Of a DNA stretch of 35,437 bases, positions 17,421 through 26,430 are shown piece by piece. The translations under genes were made by a program, and so were the position numbers. Under the pieces are notes generated by a model. It was not told the origin of the DNA, did not search any database, and saw nothing but the letters and a program-made list of their open reading frames with translations. This stretch comes from a virus. The DNA is taken from positions 1 through 35,437 of IMG/VR virus record IMGVR_UViG_3300045988_182483; one strand, given 5' to 3'. Within the stretch, counting starts at the first letter, position 1, and the number at the start of each line of letters is the position of its first letter.

Positions 17421-17735
17421 TTATTGCAATTCTTTTTCTTCCGTGCAGTCTTGCTGCCAAAGGTGCTTTTCTTGCGCACCGGACGGCTTACTTTTAACTT
17501 CTTCGTTCCATTCCCGCCGCATTTGCACAAACGCATCCGGGCTTGCGGCCATAATCAAATCAAACAAATACAAACCCATGGAACGCTGCCCCGCGTGAAA
17601 ACTGGTTGCGTGCGGGTTGTTTGGCACAAACCCATGGCTAAAGGTTTGGCATGTTTGCATTAAATCAAACAGAAACAGGCGCATTTCTCTGTTTTTTAAT
17701 AAATCTCTTACCCGTCTAATTAATTTTTTGTTCAT
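17421..17735 (-). CDS. Portal-adjacent small protein, 104 aa, unknown function
   Basis: SD AAAGGAG. Conserved position only. Confidence 0.4.
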   Translation of the reverse strand: MNKKLIRRVRDLLKNREMRLFLFDLMQTCQTFSHGFVPNNPHATSFHAGQRSMGLYLFDLIMAASPDAFVQMRREWNEEVKSKPSGAQEKHLWQQDCTEEKELQ

Positions 17736-17769
17736 AATCTCCTTTCTCGGCGGGGTTTACCCCGCCGTT

Positions 17770-19407
17770 TTAATACCCCCCTCTAAAATCAAGTCCGGCG
17801 GTCTGTTTGTCGGCGGCGGCCAATTTTTGGCTTATATCTGCCGCGCTTTGGGCCTGCGCAATTTCGGCGGCTGTTTGTTGGGCCTGCGCCCGCTCCTGCC
17901 GGACGGCGGATACTTTATCTTCGTCCAACATCATTTCTGTAAGCGAAAGTTTTTCCGCCACCAACCGGCCCAGCTTGTCCGTATCTAACAAGTCCAAAAT
18001 TTCGGGTTTAATTTGGGCATACTGGCCAAAACTTCCCACCAACATATCCATAGAACGCGTGCCGGAAGCCTTTTGCGCCTCATGGAAAATGGAGTTAAAC
18101 GTAATTTTTAATTCTTCCCCCTGCAAACTTTCGGGCGGTATTAAATCGTCATAAAGGCCCTGTTCGGCATTATAGGCATCGGCCAATTCAATTAAGGGTT
18201 TGTGGCATTCCTCTACCAACCGTTCCAATACAGGCCCCATAATGGCAAGGCGTTCCTGCACCTTTTCGGCCACTTCGGTAGCGGTTTGGTTGGTTTTGGG
18301 GTCGGAAAGCATGGTAGCCATCACATCAACAAAAAATTGGCTTTTTAGGGTTTGTTTTACTTTGCTGACTAACAGCTCGGCCTTGCCCAAATCCATCTGT
18401 GCCTGAAAAAGCGGCTTGAGTCCGTCCGTCACGCTTTGGCTTTGCCACAACACCGCACCGGGGCGCAAGTTAATTTCGCTCTTAAATGCGCCGGCGGTGG
18501 CCAGTAGCGGCGGTTTAATACCCATTTCTACGGCCAGGTATTCGTCCGCCGTCACGCGTTGCAGGCTTTTTACCGCGCCCAAGGCCACCCAACCGGGGCC
18601 CATACCCCAAACCGCGTTGTGGTGTTTCAAATCCCACCGCGGGCAAATTACAGGGAAGCGGTCATACCCGCTTTCCCGCAAATATTCATTTACTCCGCTG
18701 GTCCAATACACAGAGCGGAAGGCTTTGTTCTTATCGTCCAAGGCACCCAGTTTTCTGTTTCTATTCGGCTCAATCAGTTGATACACGGCAATGCGCTCAT
18801 TGGCGGCGCCGTCTTTTTCGGCACGGTCGCGTATATGTTGGGGTACGCGCTGGCCAAACGCGCTTACCATTTCACGCGGGGTAAGCCAATGGGTACAGCC
18901 AAAAGTATCTATTTTGCCCGTTTCACCCACCCCCAAATAAGTTTCCCCAATGGTAAAAGCAATCGTACGCATCACATTTACGGGGTCTTTTTCTACCAAA
19001 AAAACATAAGTCCCCACCGTAGGCAGTTCCATATACATTTTGAAAAGCGTTAAATATACGCCGCTTCTGTGTAGGGTATTTTCAATGCGGGAGCGCCGCT
19101 TTTTTAAGTATTCTGCTTCCTCGGGTGTTTCCCCCCACACGCCTTTATCCGTCCCTAATGAAAACCACTCTCTGGACGGGTTTGTCATGCCGCTCATCAT
19201 ACCGGCCGCCAACCACACAATATAAGTGTTTGGGTCCGCATCCAACAATTTCATATAATCCAGTGTAATTTTATCACTCGGTTTTTGGTTAAAACTGCCG
19301 CAAGTGGGCAAAAAGTGCGTGCAAATATCTTTCCAAACATCATGGTAGCGCGCGCTTTCCTGTTTAATGCTTTCAAAACGTTGTTTCGTTCGGTTATCAA
19401 TGTTCAT
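17770..19407 (-). CDS. Portal protein, T7 gp8-like head-to-tail connector (start moved to MNIDNRTKQ)
   Basis: RYHDVWKDICTHFLP and LAAGMMSGMTNPSREWFSL resemble the connector-family N-terminal signature. ATG at 19407 with AAGGAAAA upstream, 14 nt after the nozzle stop. Confidence 0.75.
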   Translation of the reverse strand: MNIDNRTKQRFESIKQESARYHDVWKDICTHFLPTCGSFNQKPSDKITLDYMKLLDADPNTYIVWLAAGMMSGMTNPSREWFSLGTDKGVWGETPEEAEYLKKRRSRIENTLHRSGVYLTLFKMYMELPTVGTYVFLVEKDPVNVMRTIAFTIGETYLGVGETGKIDTFGCTHWLTPREMVSAFGQRVPQHIRDRAEKDGAANERIAVYQLIEPNRNRKLGALDDKNKAFRSVYWTSGVNEYLRESGYDRFPVICPRWDLKHHNAVWGMGPGWVALGAVKSLQRVTADEYLAVEMGIKPPLLATAGAFKSEINLRPGAVLWQSQSVTDGLKPLFQAQMDLGKAELLVSKVKQTLKSQFFVDVMATMLSDPKTNQTATEVAEKVQERLAIMGPVLERLVEECHKPLIELADAYNAEQGLYDDLIPPESLQGEELKITFNSIFHEAQKASGTRSMDMLVGSFGQYAQIKPEILDLLDTDKLGRLVAEKLSLTEMMLDEDKVSAVRQERAQAQQTAAEIAQAQSAADISQKLAAADKQTAGLDFRGGY

Positions 19408-19421
19408 GTTCGTTTTCCTTT

Positions 19422-22184
19422 TTATGCGTATTGCACCACTAATTTTGTTATATTCAATGGCAACGGCTCTAAGCCATACAAACAAATCTGGGGGTGTTCT
19501 TCATGGGTAGCGCTTATATTAAAACGCACCATACCCGTAAACAGTTCTGCGTCCGTTGCGTAAAACAACGGGTCCGCTTTTTGCCCGTCCGCGCCGGCAT
19601 ATCCGCCGGCACTGCTTTTTAGCCCCACCCGCGCACATACCGGCCGTAAGCGGTTTATAAATTCACCGTTTTGGCCACTCACACATAAAGGGAGCGTTTT
19701 TACCAAACGCACAAAGGGGAGTCCAGCAGCCACGGTTGTAGCGGGCCTTGTCAATGTAATTTGCCCATTTTGCACGGTTTGCTCCGGCTCTACGTTGCCG
19801 TCCGCCAAAATAGCTACGCGGCGGCCTTCCAAATGAGCCAAACCGTCCACCGTTTGGGTAGGCACCTCAAAGGTTTTATGCACCCCGCTATCCACATAAA
19901 ACGCCTTTTCCCGCGCAGTTGGCAGTTGGGTAGCCAAAACCTCAATGGTCCGCACATTGCCGCGTTTTACCGCCAAAAACACGCGGTTTTCGCGTTCATC
20001 AGGCAGTACGCACACTTGTTCCACTTCCCCCTGCGTAGTATGGCGGGTCCACGCCAAAAGGCCGTGTTGGCGCGCATAAGAAAGGCTTAACAGCACGCCG
20101 TTATCCAACACCACCCACACCAGCCCCGTTGGGTCACTTTGGTAATCCAACTGCACAATTTGGCGGCCCTCAAATAAATGCGGGGCCAGCGCGCATAAAT
20201 CTTCGGCTTGGTAGTTATCGCTAGAGTAGTCATACTGCAAATCACAAAGCCGCCCGCCCATTAGTGTGACGAACAGCACCCGCGGCCCCACCAATACGGG
20301 GCGCACCCATGCGCAACCGTAATTGCTTTGTTGTGCAAATCCGCTTTGGGCGGGCGTCAACACCTCAGCCGTATTTACAAATTCGCCGCCGTCCGTCAGC
20401 ACCATTAATTTTCGGGCGCCTATGGCATGGCGTACGCTGCACATTCCGGTAGATTTTAAGTTAGCGGAAATGGCATCATCATCCTTTACTTTTAAGGACA
20501 TCTCAAAATTATAATAATCGTCCGTCTTGGTTAATTCGGCATGAAACCCGTTAAACCAAGCCAACCTTGCCTGAAAGAAACGTACCTCGCTGGGCCAGCC
20601 TTGCCGCTTGCCCCACCGCGGCGCATAAAACTTCATAATATCGGCCGACAGGGCCACCGTTTTGGTATTAGCCGTCAGCTCATAAACACGCACTTCGGCG
20701 GCGGTAGGGGCCTCTGCACCCGCGCACTTAAAAGAAACCGCAAAGCCGTCCACAATTACTGGGTCAAAATGCAAGGTTTGCATATTGGGGGAATTGGCAT
20801 CAAATTCACACGTTCCGGCCTCTTTCCAACCGGCGGTTTTGGAATACACATATCCTTTCATTTGCCAAGCGCCCGCCGTGGGCAAACTTATCCGTGCGGT
20901 TAATTGTGTCATTAATTTAGGCGCGTTAAATTCATACCCCAGTTTTAGGCCGTCCGTATAAGTAAAAACAGGCAATAGGGCACAGGTGTTCGGGTCATTA
21001 TCGCGCGCTTTATAAGCGGTGTCATAAGTAGTCAATACCGTGCCGTCTTCGTGGGTAATAGCCCCTTGATAGCCGGGCTCCACATAAAATGCCCGTCCCT
21101 CCGGCTGCGCATTTGCGCTCATAGCCGGCAAATCATAGTTCAAATACTCCACACTGCCCGCCAAACTCCGGTTTTGTGCCGGCGGATAATTATCCAAGCT
21201 CACATACGCTTGCGCCGGCGCTTTTACTTCGTCTATGCGGCCAAACAGGTTATAGGTAAACGCAGGCAGGCGCAGCTGTATATACGCTGTTCCGGCCGTC
21301 CAATTTGTAGCATTAATGCGCAAAAACTTAATCTCGCCGGATATTTCTCCGTTAGAGTTAAAATTCTGTCCGGTGGCGCTATCCCCTATTTTGAACAAAG
21401 TGGAGGAGTAAGAACGGTAGGCTTTCCAACTTACGCCGTCCGAGCTTTGCTCCACCCTAATTGTTCCCGTCCAACTGCCGGTAGTGTCTAACTGCCAAGT
21501 ACCCGCACAAGCAAATACCTGTTTCAAAAGTTCATTTGCGGTGGCGGCGTTCGTTTGGGTAAAAGATAAACTTTTTGCTTCAAAATCCTTTTCTAACTTA
21601 AAATATCCGCCTTCGTCTTCTTTGGTAAATTGATATGCGGACATTTGGGTCAACAGCAACCGCCCGTCCGCTTCCAAGGTAAGGGCGGCTCTATCCCCGT
21701 TATAAGTATCAAAGGGGCCGTGGGTGTTTTTATAAATTTCCAAAAGCCAATTATCCGCCGCCTTTCGGGTTAAGGTATAAGGCGGTTTGCCCGCACACGC
21801 CAAAAACAACACATCACCGGATTGGTCAAAAGTCAAAAACTTTAGGTCTTCTTTTGTAAAGGGGCTTGCCAACTCATACACGTTCCCATTTTTGGTCTGA
21901 TAGCCGTTTTTCCCCACAAAACGAATGTACTTTTCCCCAAATTCCACCACGCAGTTATCCGTGGGTGAAAACACAAACTTTACCAATGCCACGCCGTCTT
22001 GCGCGTATTTACGCACCGCCACCAAGCGCATACCGGGGCGGGAAAACAGCCCCCCCTGTTCGTGCAGTAGCATATTTTGCGCTACCGCCACGGCAGAGTC
22101 ACTTTTTTCCAAATCCGTACGGCCGTAAAGTTCCGGCGCCAGTTCACCGGCGGCAAAGGAATATTGTGTTTTTGTAAAAGGCAT
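19422..22184 (-). CDS. Tail nozzle / tail tubular protein B (T7 gp12-like), 920 aa with apparent inserted carbohydrate-binding-like domains
   Basis: N-terminus YSFAAGELAPELYGRTDLEKSDSAVAVAQNMLLHEQGGLFSRPG matches the pattern remembered for podovirus nozzle-class proteins. Size. Neighbourhood. Confidence 0.6.
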   Translation of the reverse strand: MPFTKTQYSFAAGELAPELYGRTDLEKSDSAVAVAQNMLLHEQGGLFSRPGMRLVAVRKYAQDGVALVKFVFSPTDNCVVEFGEKYIRFVGKNGYQTKNGNVYELASPFTKEDLKFLTFDQSGDVLFLACAGKPPYTLTRKAADNWLLEIYKNTHGPFDTYNGDRAALTLEADGRLLLTQMSAYQFTKEDEGGYFKLEKDFEAKSLSFTQTNAATANELLKQVFACAGTWQLDTTGSWTGTIRVEQSSDGVSWKAYRSYSSTLFKIGDSATGQNFNSNGEISGEIKFLRINATNWTAGTAYIQLRLPAFTYNLFGRIDEVKAPAQAYVSLDNYPPAQNRSLAGSVEYLNYDLPAMSANAQPEGRAFYVEPGYQGAITHEDGTVLTTYDTAYKARDNDPNTCALLPVFTYTDGLKLGYEFNAPKLMTQLTARISLPTAGAWQMKGYVYSKTAGWKEAGTCEFDANSPNMQTLHFDPVIVDGFAVSFKCAGAEAPTAAEVRVYELTANTKTVALSADIMKFYAPRWGKRQGWPSEVRFFQARLAWFNGFHAELTKTDDYYNFEMSLKVKDDDAISANLKSTGMCSVRHAIGARKLMVLTDGGEFVNTAEVLTPAQSGFAQQSNYGCAWVRPVLVGPRVLFVTLMGGRLCDLQYDYSSDNYQAEDLCALAPHLFEGRQIVQLDYQSDPTGLVWVVLDNGVLLSLSYARQHGLLAWTRHTTQGEVEQVCVLPDERENRVFLAVKRGNVRTIEVLATQLPTAREKAFYVDSGVHKTFEVPTQTVDGLAHLEGRRVAILADGNVEPEQTVQNGQITLTRPATTVAAGLPFVRLVKTLPLCVSGQNGEFINRLRPVCARVGLKSSAGGYAGADGQKADPLFYATDAELFTGMVRFNISATHEEHPQICLYGLEPLPLNITKLVVQYA

Positions 22185-22253
22185 GGGGGTTCCTCAATTA
22201 GCATTTTCTTTCCTCCGCCCTGCCATAGAGCGCAAGGCGGAGGAGGTTTTTAT

Positions 22254-22619
22254 TTACGCGCCCAGTTCTGCGCCCCACCCTACACGGGCAGAAAGCGTAC
22301 CGGCGGTAAAAGTACCTTCGGGGGTCACTTTCAAGCGCACAAACTCCTTGCAAGCAAACGGCAAAGCCGCCTGCAACACAAGGCCGTCCCCAATGCCGGT
22401 GGGAAACTCGGCCAGCGTTTCGGGTGAGGTAAATGCCTCGTCGCTTGCCGTTTCCACCGCCACGGTGGTAGCCGTACCGCCGGCAAGCCCGTGCGCAAAC
22501 ACGGCAATTACCGCCGGATTAGCCGCCGTAGTATGGCCCACACGCACAGACGGGCCTGTAATGGCCGCCCCCTTAATGGGCGTATTATCCAACAATTCCA
22601 GTTCTTTATCGCAAATCAT
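22254..22619 (-). CDS. Small head protein (decoration/cement candidate), 121 aa
   Basis: Immediately downstream of the capsid gene. SD AAGGAGAA. Beta-rich Ala/Gly/Thr sequence. Confidence 0.4.
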   Translation of the reverse strand: MICDKELELLDNTPIKGAAITGPSVRVGHTTAANPAVIAVFAHGLAGGTATTVAVETASDEAFTSPETLAEFPTGIGDGLVLQAALPFACKEFVRLKVTPEGTFTAGTLSARVGWGAELGA

Positions 22620-22628
22620 AGGTTCTCC

Positions 22629-23597
22629 TTACTTCACTACCGCTTCCGTGTTTTTCAGCACGTCGCAAGTATGCACGGGGATGCCGCTTGCTTTTAGCTC
22701 GCTCATTCCGTTTTGTGCCTCACCCAAAGAAAGCATGACATTGGATTTATTCTTGTATGCAATTTCCAACGCGCTCATAATATCACGGTTGGCATAAAAC
22801 ACCGGCTTGCAGGCTTGCAGGTTCGGTATGCGGTTTTTTGCCGTCACCATTAAATCCAACAAGGCATCCGCATTAATGTTGGTGGAATAAATGTTGCAAA
22901 TGCGCACCACAAAGCGCCAATCGCGCACGGTAAGGCCGGTATTTAACTTGTAATGGTTTACATACATATTCAAGTTTCCGCCGTTTTCGTCCTTCCACGG
23001 CCGGACACCCAAGTCCTCATGCTTGATACCGGCGGTGGAACCCTCGGTATAAATACCGTGTACCTTGGAGTCACTCCACCCCACCAGCCAAATGGACGTA
23101 TTTTTGCCATCCGCTTTACTGCCGGCGCTCAACACGTTTTTAACGGCCGGAGCATTCCCAGTCAGCGCGCTATAACGCACCCCAAAACCGTTAAAAACTT
23201 CCGGATTTTTGGCCAAATCGCCATAAAAAAGCGCTTCGGCCCAATCTTGGCCCATTTTTTCCAAAAACCCGTCACTTTCCGTTTTTAAGAAAGCCGCCTT
23301 GTCTTTGGCCAAATTATATAAGTCTTCGTCCGTCGTGGCCCACGCTTCCAGCATACCGCAGCCGTCGCGCACCTGTTTGGTTTCGCTCTTGCTCTGCTTT
23401 ACACCGTAGTTGAGTTTACGCCAGCCCGTTTCGGGGTAGCCGGTGCGGATAACCGATTTGAAGCCCGTTCCGTCGTTGCACTCCACCATCGGCATATCCT
23501 GAATAATTTGGTTGGTTTGGGCCAGCGTCTCGCCCACCGCCAAAATTTGGTCATTATGGGTGCGGGACAGCAAGTCAACAATATTTAAGTTTGGCAT
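22629..23597 (-). CDS. Major capsid protein
   Basis: 322 aa directly after the scaffold gene. SD GAAAGGA. GYPETGWRKLNYGVKQSKSETKQVRDGCGMLEAW resembles a podovirus HK97-fold capsid family as remembered. Confidence 0.7.
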   Translation of the reverse strand: MPNLNIVDLLSRTHNDQILAVGETLAQTNQIIQDMPMVECNDGTGFKSVIRTGYPETGWRKLNYGVKQSKSETKQVRDGCGMLEAWATTDEDLYNLAKDKAAFLKTESDGFLEKMGQDWAEALFYGDLAKNPEVFNGFGVRYSALTGNAPAVKNVLSAGSKADGKNTSIWLVGWSDSKVHGIYTEGSTAGIKHEDLGVRPWKDENGGNLNMYVNHYKLNTGLTVRDWRFVVRICNIYSTNINADALLDLMVTAKNRIPNLQACKPVFYANRDIMSALEIAYKNKSNVMLSLGEAQNGMSELKASGIPVHTCDVLKNTEAVVK

Positions 23598-23614
23598 AAA
23601 AAATATCCTTTCCT

Positions 23615-24445
23615 TTACTTCGCGTTAGGAAACATCCGGTGCGCCAAATCCTTCTTGGCGGCGCCGCCGTTTCCGCCTACAATAAAGCGGTCGTCCGTAA
23701 TGGCTTTTCCGGCCTTTACTACAAACCGCACTACGTCGGGGTGGTTTCCCAAACCGCTTTCGTTCATCAGTTTACGGAAACCCTCGTCGGCAAATGCGCG
23801 CATGGCGCGTGCCACGGCCGCTTCGTTCTCGGCCACTTGGGCAGGGTCCGTGCCCCACTCTTGGTGGACGATTTTTAAGTTTTTCTCGGCCTCTTTGCGC
23901 ACAAACTCGGCCATTTCTTCCTGTACGGCCTGCGTGCGTTTATCGTCGGCCACTTTGGCAAACTTGGCTTGCCAGTCCAAAATGGCCTGCGCGGCTTGGG
24001 GCGAAATTTTATTTTCGGTGCAAAGGGCTTTTAATTCGTCAATTTCGCCCTCTGCGTATTCCAACCCGTCCGCACCTTTAATGTCAGCCAACGCCTCCGG
24101 CGCGGCCTTATTTACGTCTTTTCCGGCGGTTTTATCGTCCGCCGGCCCTGCTGCACCCGGTTGGCCCGTGGTGTCCAAAATGGTAGTGTTTGCGGTCGGT
24201 TGTGCGGGGGCCGCGCTACTTTGCGCGGGGGTTGCCGCACCTTCTGCGGGGGCCGCGCTGCTTTGCGCGGGGGTTGCCGCACCTTCTGCGGGGGCCGCGC
24301 TGCTTTGCGCGGGGGCCGCAGTACCGTCCAAAACGCTGGGAGTGCTTGCGTGCGGCTCTGTACCGCCAGCACCCGCATCAGCGGGAACACCGGCTTGGTG
24401 GGCCAAACAGTTTAGCCCGTCCAAGAGTTTGAAAAGTCTTTTCAT
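23615..24445 (-). CDS. Scaffolding protein with Pro/Ala-rich tandem-repeat linker
   Basis: Position upstream of the capsid gene. Acidic helical body. SD AAGGAGAG. Confidence 0.55.
   Translation of the reverse strand: MKRLFKLLDGLNCLAHQAGVPADAGAGGTEPHASTPSVLDGTAAPAQSSAAPAEGAATPAQSSAAPAEGAATPAQSSAAPAQPTANTTILDTTGQPGAAGPADDKTAGKDVNKAAPEALADIKGADGLEYAEGEIDELKALCTENKISPQAAQAILDWQAKFAKVADDKRTQAVQEEMAEFVRKEAEKNLKIVHQEWGTDPAQVAENEAAVARAMRAFADEGFRKLMNESGLGNHPDVVRFVVKAGKAITDDRFIVGGNGGAAKKDLAHRMFPNAK
24204..24315. repeat. 42-bp tandem repeat, about 2.7 copies (encodes AAPAEGAATPAQSS units)
   Basis: gcgggggccgcgct(a/g)ctttgcgcgggggttgccgcaccttct at 24204 and 24246, partial copy at 24288. Confidence 0.9.
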
Positions 24446-24487
24446 GTTTCTCTCCTTAATTTCTATATACCGTCTGAATTTTTTGGC

Positions 24488-25084
24488 TTATCTGCCCGCT
24501 ACCGGCGGCAAAGCCCCCGGTAGATAACTGCACGCATAACGCGCCACCGTGTCCCCTTCTTCGCGGTTGGTATATTGGGCTTTATCCAACTCCATGAGCT
24601 TTTGGTTTTGGGCCTGTTGCATCAGGGCGCTGTCTTGTGTTAGGGGCAAGGCTAAATCGCAAGCCAAAGTCCACGCAAACACCCGCACAAAACATTCATC
24701 AAATTCGCTCGGGTCCGTGATATGGCGTGTATATACGGCGTACGGCTCTCTGGCGTTGCACAAAATCACACGGCCAAAATCCGGCACCGCCGTAATATGA
24801 AACCCTACCGGCATATTACCCAATGTCACACGCTGCACATGGGCCGCATCCGCAGGGTATTTATACACATATTTCCAACCGGGGGCCTCGGCCGCCAACA
24901 GAGCCAAGGGGGCTGTTGTTTCGGCAAATTTCCACGGGTGAGCGCGCAAGGTTTCCCCCAAAGCCACCTCATAAAATAGTTCGCACTTACGGGCACGCTC
25001 GTTTTCGTCCGTTAAAGCGTTAATAGGCGCCTGCCCCAAGTTGGCCAAAGCCAAGTTGCAAATATCAATTTTGGATATTTTCAT
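24488..25084 (-). CDS. Head-tail adaptor / tail tubular protein A (T7 gp11-like), start moved to MKISKID
   Basis: ICNLALANLGQAPINALTDENERARKCELFY...LRAHPWKFA parallels T7 gp11 VNDILASIGEPPVSTLEGD...IQSRGWTFN. ATGA overlap with the TerL stop. Confidence 0.65.
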   Translation of the reverse strand: MKISKIDICNLALANLGQAPINALTDENERARKCELFYEVALGETLRAHPWKFAETTAPLALLAAEAPGWKYVYKYPADAAHVQRVTLGNMPVGFHITAVPDFGRVILCNAREPYAVYTRHITDPSEFDECFVRVFAWTLACDLALPLTQDSALMQQAQNQKLMELDKAQYTNREEGDTVARYACSYLPGALPPVAGR

Positions 25085-26430
25085 ACACTCCACTCCACCT
25101 CATAAGTTGTCTTTTGCTCCCAAATACTCCGTTGCTCGCGCGAAGCCACCGGCGCGGCAAACGTCAAGGCCAGCGCGTCGGCTAGGTCGGGGCTTTTTCC
25201 CAACCGTGCTTTAATTTTATCTTTGGCTTCCAAGCGCATTTTTCCGGCCTCGTCAAAATCATACACCGCGCTAGCCAGTTCATTGGCTAGGGTGGTTTCT
25301 TGCTCCGGCAAAGCGCCGCCGTGTCTTATCCATTCGGCCATTTCCCCCCACAATTCCGCGCGTTTATTGCGGTAGCGCCCCGCTTGCAAGGGGGCCCCGC
25401 CAAACGGCACTTCCGTCACCTCATAGCCCAGTGAGCGCAACACATCAATCACGCCGGCGCCTTGGCCCGCATCCACAAATACGGCGTCCGGCCGGAAGTC
25501 TTTTATTTCCTGCGCCACCAGTCCGGCCAGTTGCACGTTATCCAGTTTGGCCAGCACACGCGGGGCAAAGCTCTGTAAACCTTGGCGGCGGATAATCACG
25601 CTCCTGTCGTCACCAAAGCGCGCGGGGTCCACGCCCAGTATTTTGGGTGCGCCGCGCAATTCGTACTCATTGTAAAAGCGTTTTTGGGCCGCCAAAACCA
25701 AATCAATCGGAATAAGCACGTCCGTTCTGCTGGCGGTAAAATCACACAAGTATTCTTGGCGAAATAGATTTTCGGGCGTTTCGGTTTGAATACGCGCCAA
25801 TTCGTCCTGCGCAATGATACCTGTTTGGTCGGCGCGGTACATACCGGCCCACCACTCCCCGTGCGGATTTGCGGCAAATTCTTTAGCGGCATGGCAGTAC
25901 ACATCATAAAATTGGTCTTGCCCTTTGGGTGTTCCCAAAAACACACACCACCCTTTGCGGCTGGTAAGCATGGGGCGGATAATTTCGTTAAAAACATTGG
26001 GTTTGATTTGGGCGTATTCGTCTAGCACTATTCCGTCGGCATAAGTACCGCGCATGGCATCGGGTCTATCGGCCCCCAACACACGCACCACCGCCCCGTT
26101 GGGCAAGCGCAGGGAAAGTTTGGCTTCGTTTATTTGGAGCAGGTTTTTTATTTGGCCGCTAGCGGTTGGCATAGCCGCCAACGGCGCGGTAAAACGCTTA
26201 AAATAATCCCACACAAGCATTTCAGCCTGCTTTAGAAAGGGCGCCACATAAAAATATCTTCCGTTGGGCAGATTCAGCATACAGGCTTGTTTGAGCAAGT
26301 GGTTTACGGCGCAAACGGTTTTACCCATTTGGCGGTGCGTGACGAGTACGCAAAAGCGGTGGCTTTCCAGTTGCGGGTGAATTTCTGTTTGGGGGAATCT
26401 GGGCGTGTACGGTATCAGCAAGCTAGGCAT
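25081..26430 (-). CDS. terL: Terminase large subunit
   Basis: Walker A-like THRQMGKT, Walker B-like GIVLDEYA, C-terminal nuclease-like half. Follows TerS. Confidence 0.88.
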   Translation of the reverse strand: MPSLLIPYTPRFPQTEIHPQLESHRFCVLVTHRQMGKTVCAVNHLLKQACMLNLPNGRYFYVAPFLKQAEMLVWDYFKRFTAPLAAMPTASGQIKNLLQINEAKLSLRLPNGAVVRVLGADRPDAMRGTYADGIVLDEYAQIKPNVFNEIIRPMLTSRKGWCVFLGTPKGQDQFYDVYCHAAKEFAANPHGEWWAGMYRADQTGIIAQDELARIQTETPENLFRQEYLCDFTASRTDVLIPIDLVLAAQKRFYNEYELRGAPKILGVDPARFGDDRSVIIRRQGLQSFAPRVLAKLDNVQLAGLVAQEIKDFRPDAVFVDAGQGAGVIDVLRSLGYEVTEVPFGGAPLQAGRYRNKRAELWGEMAEWIRHGGALPEQETTLANELASAVYDFDEAGKMRLEAKDKIKARLGKSPDLADALALTFAAPVASREQRSIWEQKTTYEVEWSV

